Below, piece by piece: positions 1 to 12,197 of a DNA stretch of 37,957 bases. The translations under genes and the position numbers were made by a program. How positions within the stretch are numbered: the stretch's first letter is position 1; the number at the start of each line of letters is the position of its first letter. Origin of the DNA: Chiloscyllium plagiosum (taxonomy: Eukaryota); assembly GCF_004010195.1 (NCBI RefSeq), contig NC_057719.1, forward strand, positions 64,195,962 through 64,233,918, in the 5' to 3' direction. The notes under the pieces were generated by a model. That model searched no databases. It had not been told where the DNA came from and was given only the letters and a program-made list of their open reading frames with translations.

Positions 1-997
1 TTCTCGGGTACACCTGATCAGGTCCTGTGAAACAAACTTGTAAGGAGATCTCAGCTATCTGTAAGAATAATAGGGTAGTTATGGTCAGGGATTTTAACTT
101 TCCAAACATCGACTGGGACTGCCATAGTGTTAAAGGTTTAGATGGAGAGGAATTTCTTAAGTGTGCACAAGACAATTTTCTGATTTAGTATGTGGATGTA
201 CCTACTAAAGAAGGTGCAAAACGTGACCTACTCTTGGGAAATAAGGCAGGGCAGGTGACAGAGGTGTCAGTGGGGGGGCACTTTGGGGCCAGTGACCATA
301 ATTCTATTCGTTTTAAAATCGTGATGGAAAAGGATAGACCAGATCTAAAAGTTGAAGTTCTAAATTGGAGAAAGGCCAATTTTGACGGTATTAGACAAGA
401 AATTTCGAATGCTGCTTGGAGGCAGATGTTCGCAGGTAAAGGGACGGCTGGAAAATGGGAAGCCTTCAGAAATGAGATAACAAGAATCCAGAGAAAGTAT
501 ATTCCTGTCAGGGTGAAAGGGAAGGCTGGTAGGTATAGGGAATGCTGGATGACTAAAGAAACTGAGGGTTTGGTTAAGAAAAAGAAGGAAGCATATGTCA
601 GGTACAGACAGGATAGATTGAGTGAATCCTGAGAAGAGTATAAAGGAAGTAGGAGTATACTTAAAAGGGAAATCAGGAGGGCAAAACGGGGATATGAGAT
701 CGGGTTGGCAAATAGAATTAAGGAGAATTCAAAGGGTTTTTACAAATATATTAAGGACAACAGGGTAACGAGGGAGAGATTAGGGCCCCTCAAAAATCAG
801 CAAGGCGGTCTTTGTGTGGAGCCACAGAAAATGGGGGAGATACTAAATGAATATTTTGCATCAGTATTTACTGTGGAAAAGGATATGAAAGATATAGACT
901 GTAGGGAAATAGATGGTGACATCTTGCAAAATGTCCAGATTACAGAGGAGGAAGTGCTGGATGTCTTGAAACGGTTAAAGGTGGATAAATCCCCAGA
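1..997 (+). mobile_element. CR1-clade LINE ORF2 fragment (APE endonuclease C-terminal half plus linker), broken at KVDKSP
   Basis: Translation gives VMVRDFNFPNIDW, DLLLGN, GASDHNSIRF, ILNEYFASVFT and LKVDKSP, all CR1 ORF2 motifs. In-frame stops at about 186 and 630. ORFs 192-632 and 705-1013. Confidence 0.93.
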
Positions 998-1100
998 ATG
1001 TCTCCTTATGTGACTCAAAAATCAAATATTCTTTGATAACTGTCTTGTGAAGCACTCTGGATACTTTCTCCAGTAAATCTGCTCTATAAATTAAAGTTTA
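998..1100 (+). mobile_element. Old L2-like LINE/SINE 3' tail
   Basis: tgtctccttatgtg...cttgtgaagcactctggat...ctataaat resembles the L2-type 3' end from memory. Confidence 0.5.
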
Positions 1101-1337
1101 TTTTGCAGTTGGAGTCAAAATACCAGTATGTTTTAACTTCTGGCTAACTCATTGCGAGGGTTTTTGAATATAAAAGTAGGGACTTCCTTATTGCAGCTGT
1201 ACAAGGCCTTGGTAAGATCACATATGGAGCACTTTGCACACTTTGGGGTTCTGCAGGGTTCTCTGCTGGTTCCCTCACTATAGTGGTGCACATTAATGAT
1301 GTGAAGTTAAATGTAGGGATATGTTCAAGAAGTTCAT

Positions 1338-1640
1338 TAGATTAGATTACTTACAGTGTGGAAACAGGCCCTTCGGTCCAACAAGTCCACACCGACCCAC
1401 CCAGATCCATTCCCCTACATTTACCCCTACCCCTAACACTACGGGCAATTTAGCATGGCCAATTCACCTAACCTGCACATTTTTGTACTGTGGGAGGAAA
1501 CCGGAGCACCCGGAGGAAACCCACGCAGACACGAGGAAAATGTGAAAAGTCCACATCGTCAGTCACCTGAGTCACGAGTTGAACTCGGGTCGCTGGCGCT
1601 GTGAGGCAGCAGTGCTAACCACTTTGCCACTGTGCTGCCC
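1338..1640 (-). mobile_element. tRNA-derived V-SINE (HE1-like), full length
   Basis: Reverse strand starts gggcagcacagtggcaaagtggttagcactgctgcctcacagcgcc (A box) and gagttcaactc (B box). It carries the V-domain gtctgcgtgggtttcctccgggtgctccggtttcctcccac and a CR1-type tail ending in (tctaa)n. Confidence 0.9.
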
Positions 1641-1657
1641 ACATGGATTTTTTTTAA

Positions 1658-1766
1658 AGATTAGATTCCCTATAGTGTGGAAACAGGCCCTTCGGCCCAA
1701 TCAGTCCATATCGACCCTCCAAAGAGTAACCCACCCAGACCTCATCTCCCTCTGACTAATGCACCA
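1658..1766 (-). mobile_element. 3' fragment of the same SINE family
   Basis: Repeats agattagatt...gtgtggaaacaggcccttcgg as at 1339 and 32725. Confidence 0.85.
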
Positions 1767-2299
1767 TAAAATCATTTGGATGATAAATAGTGAGGAAGAT
1801 AGCTGTAAACTGCAGAAGGATAAAAATGGGCTGGGCAGAGCACTGGCAAATGGACTTCAAATGGAAAAATGTGAGATATAACTTGTGGAGGATGAACAAG
1901 GAAAGGGATTGCACTATATAAATGGTTAGATGCTGGAAAGTACTCAAGGTCAGGGATGTCTTGGTGTGCATATCCACAGATCCATAAAAGGAGCAGAACA
2001 GGTAGATAAGGTGGTTAAAAAAGCATATGGGATCTTAGCTCTATTAAACAAGGCATAGAATACAAGAGCACCTAGGTGTGCATGAACTATATTAACCATT
2101 GATTAGGCCACAACTGAAGAACTACGCACAATTCTGGGCACCCACATTATGGGAAGGATATGATTGCACCAGAGAGGATGCAGAGGAAATTTACTACAAT
2201 ACTGCCTGGGCTGCAAGGTCTGAACTATGAAGAAAGATTGGATAGGTTGGAGGTTTTTTTTCCTTACAGCAGCAAAAGTTGAGAGGGAACCTAACTAGG

Positions 2300-2880
2300 T
2301 ATGTTGAGTATAGGAACAGGGATATGTGTTGCAGTAATACAGAGCCTTGGTGACACTTAGAGGAGAAAGTGAGGTCTGCAGATGCTGGAGATCAGAGCTG
2401 GAAATGTGTTGCTGGAAAAGCGCAGCAGGTCAGGCAGCATCCAGGGAACAGGAGAATCGACGTTTCGGGCATAAGCCCTTCTTCAGGAAGAAGGGCTTAT
2501 GCCCGAAACGTCGATTCTCCTGTTCCCTGGATGCTGCCTGACCTGCTGCGCTTTTCCAGCAACACATTTCCAGCTTGGTGACACTTAGACTATTATGTGC
2601 AGTTTTGGTTTCCTTTTCTGAGGAAAGATGCTCTTGCTCTTGCGGGAGTTCAATGGTTTACCAGGCTGTTTCCAGGGATGGCGGTACTGATGTATGAGGA
2701 GAGAATGAATGCATTCAAGAGGTGGCTGGATATAGCACTTAGGGAGAATGGGATCAAAGTTTATGGGGAGAAAGCAGGATTAGGCTATTGAGTTGGACGA
2801 TCAGCCATGATCGTGATGAATGGTGGAGCAGGCTCAAAGGGCCGAATGGCCTCCTCCTGCTCCTATGTTTCTATGTAGGT
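2300..2880 (+). mobile_element. CR1 LINE 3' end with internal deletions, host of a PLE hairpin
   Basis: YRALVT.., VQFWFPFLRKDALAL..VQ.FTRLFPGM; 3' UTR ending gggccgaatggcctcctcctgctcctatgtttctatg. Confidence 0.8.
2362..2575. mobile_element. Penelope-like element fold-back hairpin (inverted pLTR ends)
   Basis: Perfect 89-bp arms 2396-2484 and 2487-2575, with a 35-nt unpaired tail at 2361-2395. cttggtgacacttaga is duplicated at 2346-2361 and 2574-2589. Same sequence as the pLTR of the GIY-YIG-bearing copy at 12198-12813. Confidence 0.9.
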
Positions 2881-2892
2881 ATGTAAGGTTAT

Positions 2893-2965
2893 GAATAAAA
2901 ATAAAATACTGTGGATTCTGGAGATCTGAAAGAAACACAGAGAATGCTGGAGAAACCTGGCGTTC
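2893..2965 (-). mobile_element. Old PLE pLTR end fragment
   Basis: aataaaaataaaatactgtggattctggagatctgaaag..acagagaatgctggagaaac resembles 33460-33540 and the reverse complement of 22500-22568. Confidence 0.5.
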
Positions 2966-3125
2966 ACTGTATTTGTCGTGTAAGATTGGTGGATAGAAAG
3001 GGACTCTTTGATTAGTAGAAGGGTCAATAACAAGGGTAAGTGATGGTAAGAGGTAGAACACTAAGAGGGGAATTGAGAAACTTGTTCAACTAGAGAGCGG
3101 CGGAATCTGAATTCACTACCTGATA

Positions 3126-3271
3126 ATGGAGTAGAGTGGAGCTGGAAAAGTACAGCAGTTCAGGCAGCATCCGAGGAGCAGGAAAATGGATGCTGCCTGA
3201 ACTGCTGTGCTTTTCCAGTACCACTCTACTCCAGAATCTGGTTTCCAGCATCTGCAGTCATTGTTTTTACC
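3126..3271. mobile_element. PLE fold-back hairpin, second subfamily
   Basis: Arm starting tggagtagagtgg (3127) pairs with ccactctactcca (ending 3233). Unpaired tail 3234-3271. Flanking tcactacctgata (3113-3125) and tcattacctgata (3272-3284). Similar to 34516-34620. Confidence 0.8.
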
Positions 3272-3544
3272 TCATTACCTGATAGGTCTAATCTCAGGCA
3301 ACCTCGTGCAGATTTCTAAGATGTGGTGCTGATGATCACAGTTGACTTGTATGCCAATGGAATGAAACACTTTTCATTTGAGATCAACTGTGTTATGATA
3401 TGTCTCTCTCAACAATTGTTTTGAATTGAGAATGGATGTGTTCCAAGTACTCAAAATACCAAAAGGTAACAAGGGGGCCTGACTGCTGAAGAATTGAAAA
3501 AAGTATGAATTCTATAAAATGTAGTTCAGGTTGCTCAATTAAAT

Positions 3545-3745
3545 TACCATCCTGACTTGGAAATATATCACCGTTCCTTCAGTGTCACTGGATCGAAATC
3601 CTGGAACTCTCTTTCTAACAGCATTTTGCGTCTACTTACAGCAAATGGACTGCAGTGTTCACCACCACCTTCTCAAGAGTACCTGGGGATGGACAATAAA
3701 TGTTGACTTAGTCAGCGAAGCCCATAACCCATGAATGATTTTTAA
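3545..3745 (+). mobile_element. LINE 3' end (CR1/L2-type tail shared with Deu-SINEs)
   Basis: SWNSL motif followed by caccaccaccttctcaag..ggatggacaataaatg..cccatgaatga. Confidence 0.65.
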
Positions 3746-4429
3746 AGAAATATTTAATGCGTTTTACTGCAGTTCATGTTGCTATGAAATTCTGAATGAA
3801 AGTATTCTTAAAAATGCTCGATAATTGATAGTAGCTGACAAATGAGAGCTAAAAGACTGGAGATAGGCCTTTGTGTATCAGGACCCAGAAAGAGAAAGCT
3901 ACATTTTCAGTTCATTCACATGAAGTGACCAAATAATTCACCATATCTCGTGCTGTAACTGTCCTATAATTGGGCTCTTCTGATCATTAGGTCAGAGCTA
4001 CAGCTTGGAGAATATTATATTTCTTAAGTTAATTCCCCCCCACACTCCTTCAGCAATATCATTCAGTTAACTATGATGCTCTCTGAATTTGTTTATTTCT
4101 TTTTGCAAATACTATTTTTACTGTTCTGGTAGTTAACCAGTACTCCTTACCTGTATGGTAAGTTTTCTCGGTTCAATTTTGCCCATCATTCTGATTTACA
4201 CAGAACAGCGATTCACCAATTTTATCTTAAACTTCTGTAAGTTCACTATTAGCATATTTTAAAGAAAATATCAACTATTCCCCCTTCTGCTCCTCCAGTC
4301 ATTCCTACTAAGTCATTCCTACTTAGTCTCTTGTAACTTTTACAAATCCATCTTCCATTTTCTATCTTGATGGCATACTTACTAGCTATGCTAAGAAAAA
4401 TGTTCATTTTCTCTTGTAATTGTTTTGGA

Positions 4430-5080
4430 TGGTAAAATGGTTACAACACAGAAGGAGACTATTTGTTCCATTGTCTCTTGTCCAAGAGCAACTCAACTCA
4501 TCTCACTTCTTTCCTTTTCCAAGTAGCCATGTTTTATCTTCAGGTAACTGTCCAATTTTCTTTTGAAAGCCACAAGTGAATCTGCCTACTCCATTCTGTA
4601 AGACAGTGCATAATCAAGTACTAACCCGAGGTATTTTTTTTAAAAGTATTTTCCCCATGTCACTGGCTTCTTTTGCTAATCTCCTTAAATTGGTACCTTC
4701 TAATTATCAATCCTCTGCCAACAAGAACAGTCTCTCCTTGTCTCTTCTGTGCAAATCCCTCATTATTTTGATGACCAGAATCAAACTTCCTCAATGTTCT
4801 TGTTTCCATGGCCAACATTCACTGTTTTTTTCCAATCTATCCATGACACTGAAGTTCCTTATCCCTATAATCATTTTCATTAATCTTTTCTACATTCTCT
4901 GTAATGTCTTCCCATACTTCCAAAAGTGTGGTGTTTGCAGCTGCAGGCCAAATCATTGTTTTATATAAGTTTATCATGATTTCCTTGATTTTGAACGCTG
5001 TGCCCTGAAGCCTATGATTCCCTATGTTTAATTAACTGTTTTCTCAATCTGCCTTGTCACCTTCAATGATTTATTCACAT
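4430..5080 (-). mobile_element. Very old CR1 LINE 3' region
   Basis: Decayed antisense CR1 signatures (acaacacagaaggagactatt, ttttgaaagc, cttcccatacttccaaaagtgtggt, cttgattttgaac). Confidence 0.55.
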
Positions 5081-5235
5081 AAAAGGATTGTGGACCAATG
5101 GGACTGATGGGTCATCTGTGAATTGGGCATATAATGAGCTCAGATCTTCTTATGGCTACTTGCAGTTGTATATATGTGTCTGCAGTTGCAACATTATATC
5201 TGGTCATTCACTTACATTATGTACAAAATTGGCTT

Positions 5236-5550
5236 AGATTCGTTCATGGGATGTTGGTGTCATTATTTATTACCCACCCCTAACTGACCAGTGAACATAT
5301 AAGATTCAACCACCTTGCTGTGGGTCTGTAGTTACATATACATCAGAACAGGTAAGGGTGCCAGATTTCTTTCCGAAAAGGACATTAGTGAACCAAAGGA
5401 GTTGTTATGATAATTGGCAATGGTTACATGGTCGCTATTAGGTTAGTTTTAATACCAATTTCTTCTAAATTTGAATTTCACCATTTGCCATGGAGGAATG
5501 TGAACCCATGAGTCCAGAACCAAAGGCTGAAATTCTAGATTACTATTCCA
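5236..5550 (-). mobile_element. Deu-domain-type tRNA SINE (SacSINE1-like)
   Basis: Tail attcgttcatgggatgt is the reverse complement of the 3730 tail. Core caaccaccttgctgtgggtctg...ggacattagtgaacca. B-box-like ggaatgtgaacccatg. Confidence 0.6.
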
Positions 5551-7577
5551 TTCAAGGTTTGCCTTTTAATTTGCTCAGTTTCTTTATCATTCTTTTGATG
5601 ATTTTCACTGCTACCACAACCTTTCCACTAGGCTGGGATAGTGTCGAGATGATGTATCCAATCCTGTATGAAGCAGCTAATTTTTTTCACTCATGAAGTG
5701 AGGGCCATTGTCAGCATATTGCCTAAAATGCAGTAACGACCAAAATGTACTTTCCACAATCTCACTGGTAGTTATTGATCTACCTTCAAATGCCAGAGTA
5801 TTATTCCGATGGCAAGATAATCAGTTCCTGAGAAAGTGAAGATTCTACCTTCAACTTCATCCATGTTCAAATGATTCTGCTTTTTGTAGTGAGAACGCAT
5901 TTTCTCAATGCTGAACATGTCTTATTTGCAGTATTTAAATCATGCTCTTTGCCTATAAGCTTTGCTTTTCTCACCTGAAATGTCTGTCAGCATAATGCCA
6001 GACCTGGTCTGTTCTGCCACAAATATGTTCTAGCTGCTGACTTAGAACCTTTAAGTGTTTTTGCACAAGCTGGTTGATCTCCTGAGAATAAGTTTCTCCT
6101 CTCTCAGCCTGCCTAATGCAATCTTGTCTTTAATTAGATCATCTCCTAGTTGTGCAAATTAATAGGATTCTCTAAGCTGTGTTAAAACAACTGAAGTAGT
6201 AATAAAGGGGATGATGGTGATGGGGTTAGTCTTCGCTGTAGTTATGATATATATCAGTTGTAACAATTATCCATTCCTACACAGACCAAAGAGACAAAGG
6301 GAAGCTGAAATTGCATTGCCATAGCAATCAACAGACCCAAGACTAAGTTTGGGATAAGAGGGTGGAGTTCGATGCAGGGGGCTGGTAAGGGGAGTCCTTA
6401 TAAATTAAGATTTATAAACTGTGCTGAAATGTCTGCACTTCTTAAAGTCTTGGTAAGAAGGTAACCAGGAGAGAGATGTCCCTAGGTTATGCTTGAATAA
6501 ATCTTTGCTTGCTGAATCCAAGACTTGCCGTGGCTGTTTATACCACAACACACTTTTTTATTCACCTTGATACCATTCATAAGTTACATTCAGTTGAGGT
6601 TCAAAGCGTGCCTTCAGGCTTTAAAAATTTCTGCAGTCTACATCTTTGTTCTTTGTGGAGATTTAGGGTGAATGACCCTCTGCAACAGTATTTCTCTAAT
6701 AGTATTAAAGTGTAATTACTCACTTGAGCTGGAATTAACTAGATTTCCAATTTTGTGGAATAAATGAGTCACTTTGATATAAGAAAATCGACAGAACTGA
6801 TCCAGTAGAAATTAGTGACCACAGTTGAGTACATCTGGAGATTGCATTTTCGTGGGTCTGATTTACTTGGTGAAAGAGCACACGATGAAGGAAACATAGT
6901 TTACTGGCAGAGGGTTACAAACAGTAGAGTAGTCGTTGAATGACCCCAGTAATTATAGCCAATAAAATTAACCGATTTTCCAAACATTATGCAGAAGATT
7001 GTGCAAAATGGTATAGTGACTTGAAACAAATAAAGAATTTGAGTGTCACCCATATTAAAATAAAATACATCATTCAAAAACTTGGTGACTGAGGCTAATT
7101 CTAATGCACCGATCACCTCTGTGATCAGTTAACACAACTCAAGGACTAATTCCCAGACCCCTCCTTGAATTGTATGGATTAATGATTTGCTATGTCTATT
7201 CAGAGTCACCAGAGAAACACATTATTATTTACATTTATAAAATCATTAACTGTTTGCTTGAACTTATGTTTTGTTATGAAATTTCATGTATTTTAATAGG
7301 CAGTAGTTGGGCGAAAATGTATACTTTGCTCCGATCACAAGTATGGTTGACCCCTCACATTAAAATATACTTAGAATAAAACATTAGACAACATCATTTT
7401 ATTGAACTTATTGAACCAAAAACTGATGTTTCATGTATTATTTAGCAATCTGATGCTCACATTTTAAAAGTGAATGAACCTGCCTCCTCCACCCCAACTT
7501 TTTACCAGCTCCAATCCTCAAATCTTAGCTGCTAACCTCTACCTCACACATTCTGGAGCATAATTTTCCCAGGTTTT

Positions 7578-7690
7578 AGATCATAAGACCATAAGATATT
7601 CAACTCATAGGATCTGTGCCACCCATTTTCCAACCTGCTCCCTGTAACTCTTGGTTCCCTTACTAATCAGGAACCTACTTTTGACTTAAA
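7578..7690 (-). mobile_element. CR1 3' UTR fragment
   Basis: Tail repeat atcataagaccataagat followed by ccctgtaactcttggttcccttactaatcaggaacct. Confidence 0.5.
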
Positions 7691-10600
7691 TACAGAACCA
7701 CTCACGAGTTGTATAACATGAATCCAAACCTCACTCCAAATGGTCAAATATTGCATTCCCGATTTTTGAGGATATATTTCTCAAACACTTTTTAATTTTC
7801 CAGCTACCCTATCTCTACTAAACTTCAGTTAACACAGAACACAATTGCCCAAACCTTGCACAAGGTCTTGTATACTCAGCACGATGCTCTCATACATGTT
7901 TACATTATTTTGTGCAATTGCTCTGCACATGTATGTTTATATCATTGCTCTTGGGCCCATTGGGTTTAATGTGACAATAATAGGCACCCCCATATTAAAC
8001 AGGTGCAGGACGTAATCCAGATAATATTGCAGGGTCCAGCCCAATGGTAAGAGCCAGGGTAAATGGTATTGAGCACAAATCATGTGCAAGATTTATGGGA
8101 GCAATGAAAGTTACTCGAATTATTATCAATAGTCTTGTGAAAATGTGACTGGAGCATCCAAGCAGAGGTGAAGTTGCATTATGCCCACTGGAAGTATGAA
8201 GCCCGAGCAAATACATTTCCCTTGCGTTAATTGTTTATCACATTGTGTTTGACTGTACACACTTAGTGGGTAGGAACGGGGGACTCATGATCCAATAGCT
8301 AGGAAAACTTGAAATCGTGGTTGATGGTTTAGGAAGTGTATGTTTGCAATGTATATCTCCATAAATGCAAAAATTGAGTAAAAATTAATTTTAATTTAAT
8401 CTTTCACTGTTTGGCTTTATGTTGTTGAACACTGGCTAATCCATCTCACTGTTTTTTCTTCTTGTCCTCACCTCATTTATTGCCTTTCCCTGAGTTATCA
8501 ACATCCTTGATGTTCAGCACACAGTCCTTCCTGCTAACTAAATTAAAACCCCTTCCCCTAGAGGTTGAAGTAGCTCATGAATGATGTGTCAAGAATGCTG
8601 GAAAGATATTTAAAGGAAATCACTTGTGTTATTCAGCAAGGCCAAATCATTTACAAATGTGAATGAACTACTCCTGCAGTACTGTATAGGCAAGCACATT
8701 ATGTGATCAGAAGCCACATGCTGAAGCCTCTAGGAATACAACCAACTAAAGTTAATGACGCTGCTGTGGAATATTGCTGTAGCACCGTTTGAGTACTTAC
8801 AGAAATGAAGGAACAAGAAAGAGAAAAGAACTCTCACATATGATTTTATCTTCCATCAAAGTAGTACCACAAATAGCATGCTTCTCCTATTGATATTTTG
8901 ACAGCTGTCAGTTTGTAAGTTAAGTACTTAGCTTGGTGTATATTTTTAACTTTTGAGAAGATCAGGGACTAGTGTACTAATGAATATTTAAAGATAAATG
9001 GGAAAAGCTAACACTACATTGAGAAAAAGCCTCCAAACACTGAAAATACAAAAATCAATTAAAGCCTTCTTGAAAACAGGCGATCAGGATTTGTAAACAA
9101 ACGGGCATGCTAATATTCAAACATGTTCTTCATTATAATTTGCTAAGTCTGAAATAAAACAAACGTTGGAAAATTTGAATTACTCAACATCAAAATAAGT
9201 TTAATTTAAAATGTGTATATGCATTTTAAAGACTGAGGCTACATAATGACATGTTAATGGAAGTTGAATCTGGAACTTAATGCCCCATGAAAGTCTAATC
9301 CCTTCACACAGAGAAAACAACAAAGGAGTCCTATGGAAATACAATGAATGTGGCACAACTTTGAGAAACTATTTGCTCTGTCTGTGGTCATATGGAGCTC
9401 TCCTGCTTCCCAGGTATTTTTCCAGGGGGTTTTCTTGATCAACCTAGGTTCCTGATTACATTATAGTATTGGTGAGGATCTGACTTCTCAGCTGGTAGCT
9501 TGGAGGGTAAAAGGATCAAATGAGCATTGTTTGCTTCCTGGGGTTCTCAGGATGTTTCCATGGGCACTGGCCAAATACTGACGTTAATCCAATGGTATGT
9601 GTCATTTTCACTCAACTTACATTTTTGTTATTTCCATTTTTAAATATTCGAACTTTTTACACTGTGTTGCATTCTGAAATATTTCTGCTCTAAAATGGTA
9701 ATTTGTTACCAAGTTAATTCCAAGTATAGTATTCTTGTTGCCATTATGCTGTTTGGCAAAGTATCAAGTATGGCTGAAGTGAAATTTCAGAGATAAAAAT
9801 AGCTAATAATCACTTCCACTGTGGATTTTCCCAAAGAATACAAATTGCCTGTCTTATGATGTCATTTTTCTACAACAACTTAGAACTTTTTAACTGGTAA
9901 AAGTTCCTTGGGATATTTTGTTCAGTGTATTATTCAACAAAATTTGTCATCTAACCACTTTAGATGTCCAAAATATTCATCTTGGATTTAAAGTTAGATT
10001 TAAAGGAGTATCTTAAAGAGGGAAAAATGTCTCAGCCTCACTTGTATGTCAGGACCACTTGCGTCATCTGTCACACACTCTTTCATCTCACTCATGTTTT
10101 CAGACACTAGCTGTCTATCGTAGAAAAGGTATTGCTTAAAGTTTAGTTGCTGGGAAGGCTTAAATATAAATTCTGATGAGGACTTAGTTCTGTGGGCAGG
10201 AGGAACCTTTAACTGTCAGGTTTTGATTGGTGAACTTCGACTGTGAGGAGCCATCATACCTTTTGACTTTTGAAGGAGATGTTAGCCATTCCTAATCCTA
10301 CATTTATCCAGTTTTCTTTTTTATTTCAAAAATATAATTTATTCATAAAGTCTCTTTGTGTATATACATTGACACAAAAGCAATTCGATTCCGCACAGTT
10401 ACATATCAAGCAAATAAACAAAATATTGAACTTTGACTCTATCCCAATAAAAAGATCTTTCTTACACAATGCTAATATTTACATATATTTGAGGCACTAG
10501 GAGGGACCGATAACTGAATGGACTCCCTTTATCCTCAGCAGAAAGACATCAGACAGTGCTCTTTCCTCATTGCACCCAGGTAGCAGCTGACCCAATCTTT

Positions 10601-12197
10601 AGTGCATCCCTCAGCACATCATTCTGGATTTTGGAATGTGCCACTGCAACAGTCGATCGGGGTCAACCCCTTGTTCTGGAAGACCAACAAGGTTCAGCTA
10701 GACCAAAGAGTGTCTTTCAGCAAGCTGATGGTCTTCCAGGCGCAGTTCTTGATGTTTGTCGCGATGAGCATTACAGGGAACAGACCAAAGAGCACAGAGT
10801 CCCAGATCACAGAGCTGCTCAAGACGAACCTCAACAAAAATTATATTGCATTTTCCTCCAGACTTTCTTTGCAAAGGCACATCCCAGAAGGAAATGTGTG
10901 ACTGTCTCAATGCCCCCACCACCCACCCCGGAACCACTTTGAGAACAGCTTGCAATGACGCAGGCTGACCGGGCATACATCCTATTGTGTGGCTGACACC
11001 TTTCCTGATGGACTCAGCCAAGGGTTCCATAGAAACCACAAACGGGGCAGGCGAGAGTGGGCAGCCCTGCTTGACTCTAAATCTGATTGGAAAGCTTTCT
11101 GATTCCCACCCATTGATTGAGACTGTACTAATGATGTTGGTGTAGAGTGGTCAGGTCCAATTGCAGGCCCCTCCCCCGCCCCCAAAAGCCCAGTTTGGAG
11201 AGCATGTCCTACATGTATATGTGTGATATCCTGTCAAAGGCTTTCTCCTTGTCCAGGCTGATGAGGAAGGTGCCCAACCTCCTATCCAGCACATAGGCAA
11301 TCGTATCCCTGGGGACCGCGAGGATCTCTGAAATTGTCCTACCTAGTGCAGCACAGATTTGGTCAGGATGAATCACTGATCCCAGAGCAAACCTGACCTG
11401 GTTGGTGATGACCGTAGACAGGATTCTGCATTCAGTAATGATATTGGCCACCAATTTCTAATTTCCTCCTTCTCCCATTCCACTTGTAGATGGTGGTGAT
11501 GATATCTATCCTCATGGATTTATTCATGGTACCTGCATACTGTCACACACCTCCAGCAGGTCCTGGCCAATCAAGTCCCACAGACCAAATACAACTCTGC
11601 CGGTAAGCCATAGTTTCTGTGAGCTTTATTCTTTACTAAGGACTAAAGGGCCTTGGTCAGCTCATTCAGAGGCCACGCTGTCTTTGAGCTTCATATTATA
11701 CAGACTGGCATAAAAGGATTTGCTGATCCTCAGGATGTCAGACGGGGATGATGTTACCGAGCCATCGTCTTCCTTCAGGCTGCTAAGCATGGAGCTCTCC
11801 TGTGCACTTTCTGGAAGAAGAAACGTGTGCACGTCTCAATCTGTTCCATGATGCAAACCCTGGACCGCCAGATAATCTTGGAGGCCTCTGAGGCAAAGAG
11901 CGAATCTTCACTACCTGGAGATCCTTCATGACAATGACCCCCATTGTGTGCAGCAGGAGTAGGCCCTGCATGGTTTTCTGTAGTTTAGACAGTTTGCCTG
12001 CCTCTCTTCCTTTCTGAACACCTTTTTTGTACAACCTTTGTAATCCCTTCTGAGCTTCCTAATGTTTTCTGGGATCAACAATTTGACATTTAGCTTCCAC
12101 GTTCCTTTACCGGCCCACTGGTCATCCTGTATATGACAGTCAACCAGCAGGAGGCTGTGGTCAGAGAAAAGCACCAGCTTGACATCTGTGGATCTGA

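Larger units (their letters stand above)
1150..2300 (+). mobile_element. Old CR1 LINE RT/3' fragments interrupted by SINEs
   Basis: Decayed QGSLL..L...INDV..KF motif at 1254-1337 resumes after the SINEs at about 1766 (WAEHWQMDF, EKCE, LGVHIHRS, RPQL..Y.QFW.PH). Confidence 0.75.

Noticed and set aside
2347..2581. Recurrent MCCWKSAAGQAAS peptides (also at 12240 and 23516)
   Set aside because: Translations of the PLE pLTR repeat, not a gene family.
4297..4323. 14-bp tandem duplication agtcattcctacta
   Set aside because: Ordinary local slippage.
4576..4968. 130-aa hydrophobic ORF
   Set aside because: Antisense to a decayed CR1, so the composition is an artefact.
10280..10320. Target-specific insertion of the Tx1 element into an snRNA, tRNA or microsatellite
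   Set aside because: No recognisable target sequence or TSD at either flank.
10556..10942. Plus-strand ORFs of 128 and 99 aa
   Set aside because: Antisense shadows of the Tx1 ORF2 C-terminus.
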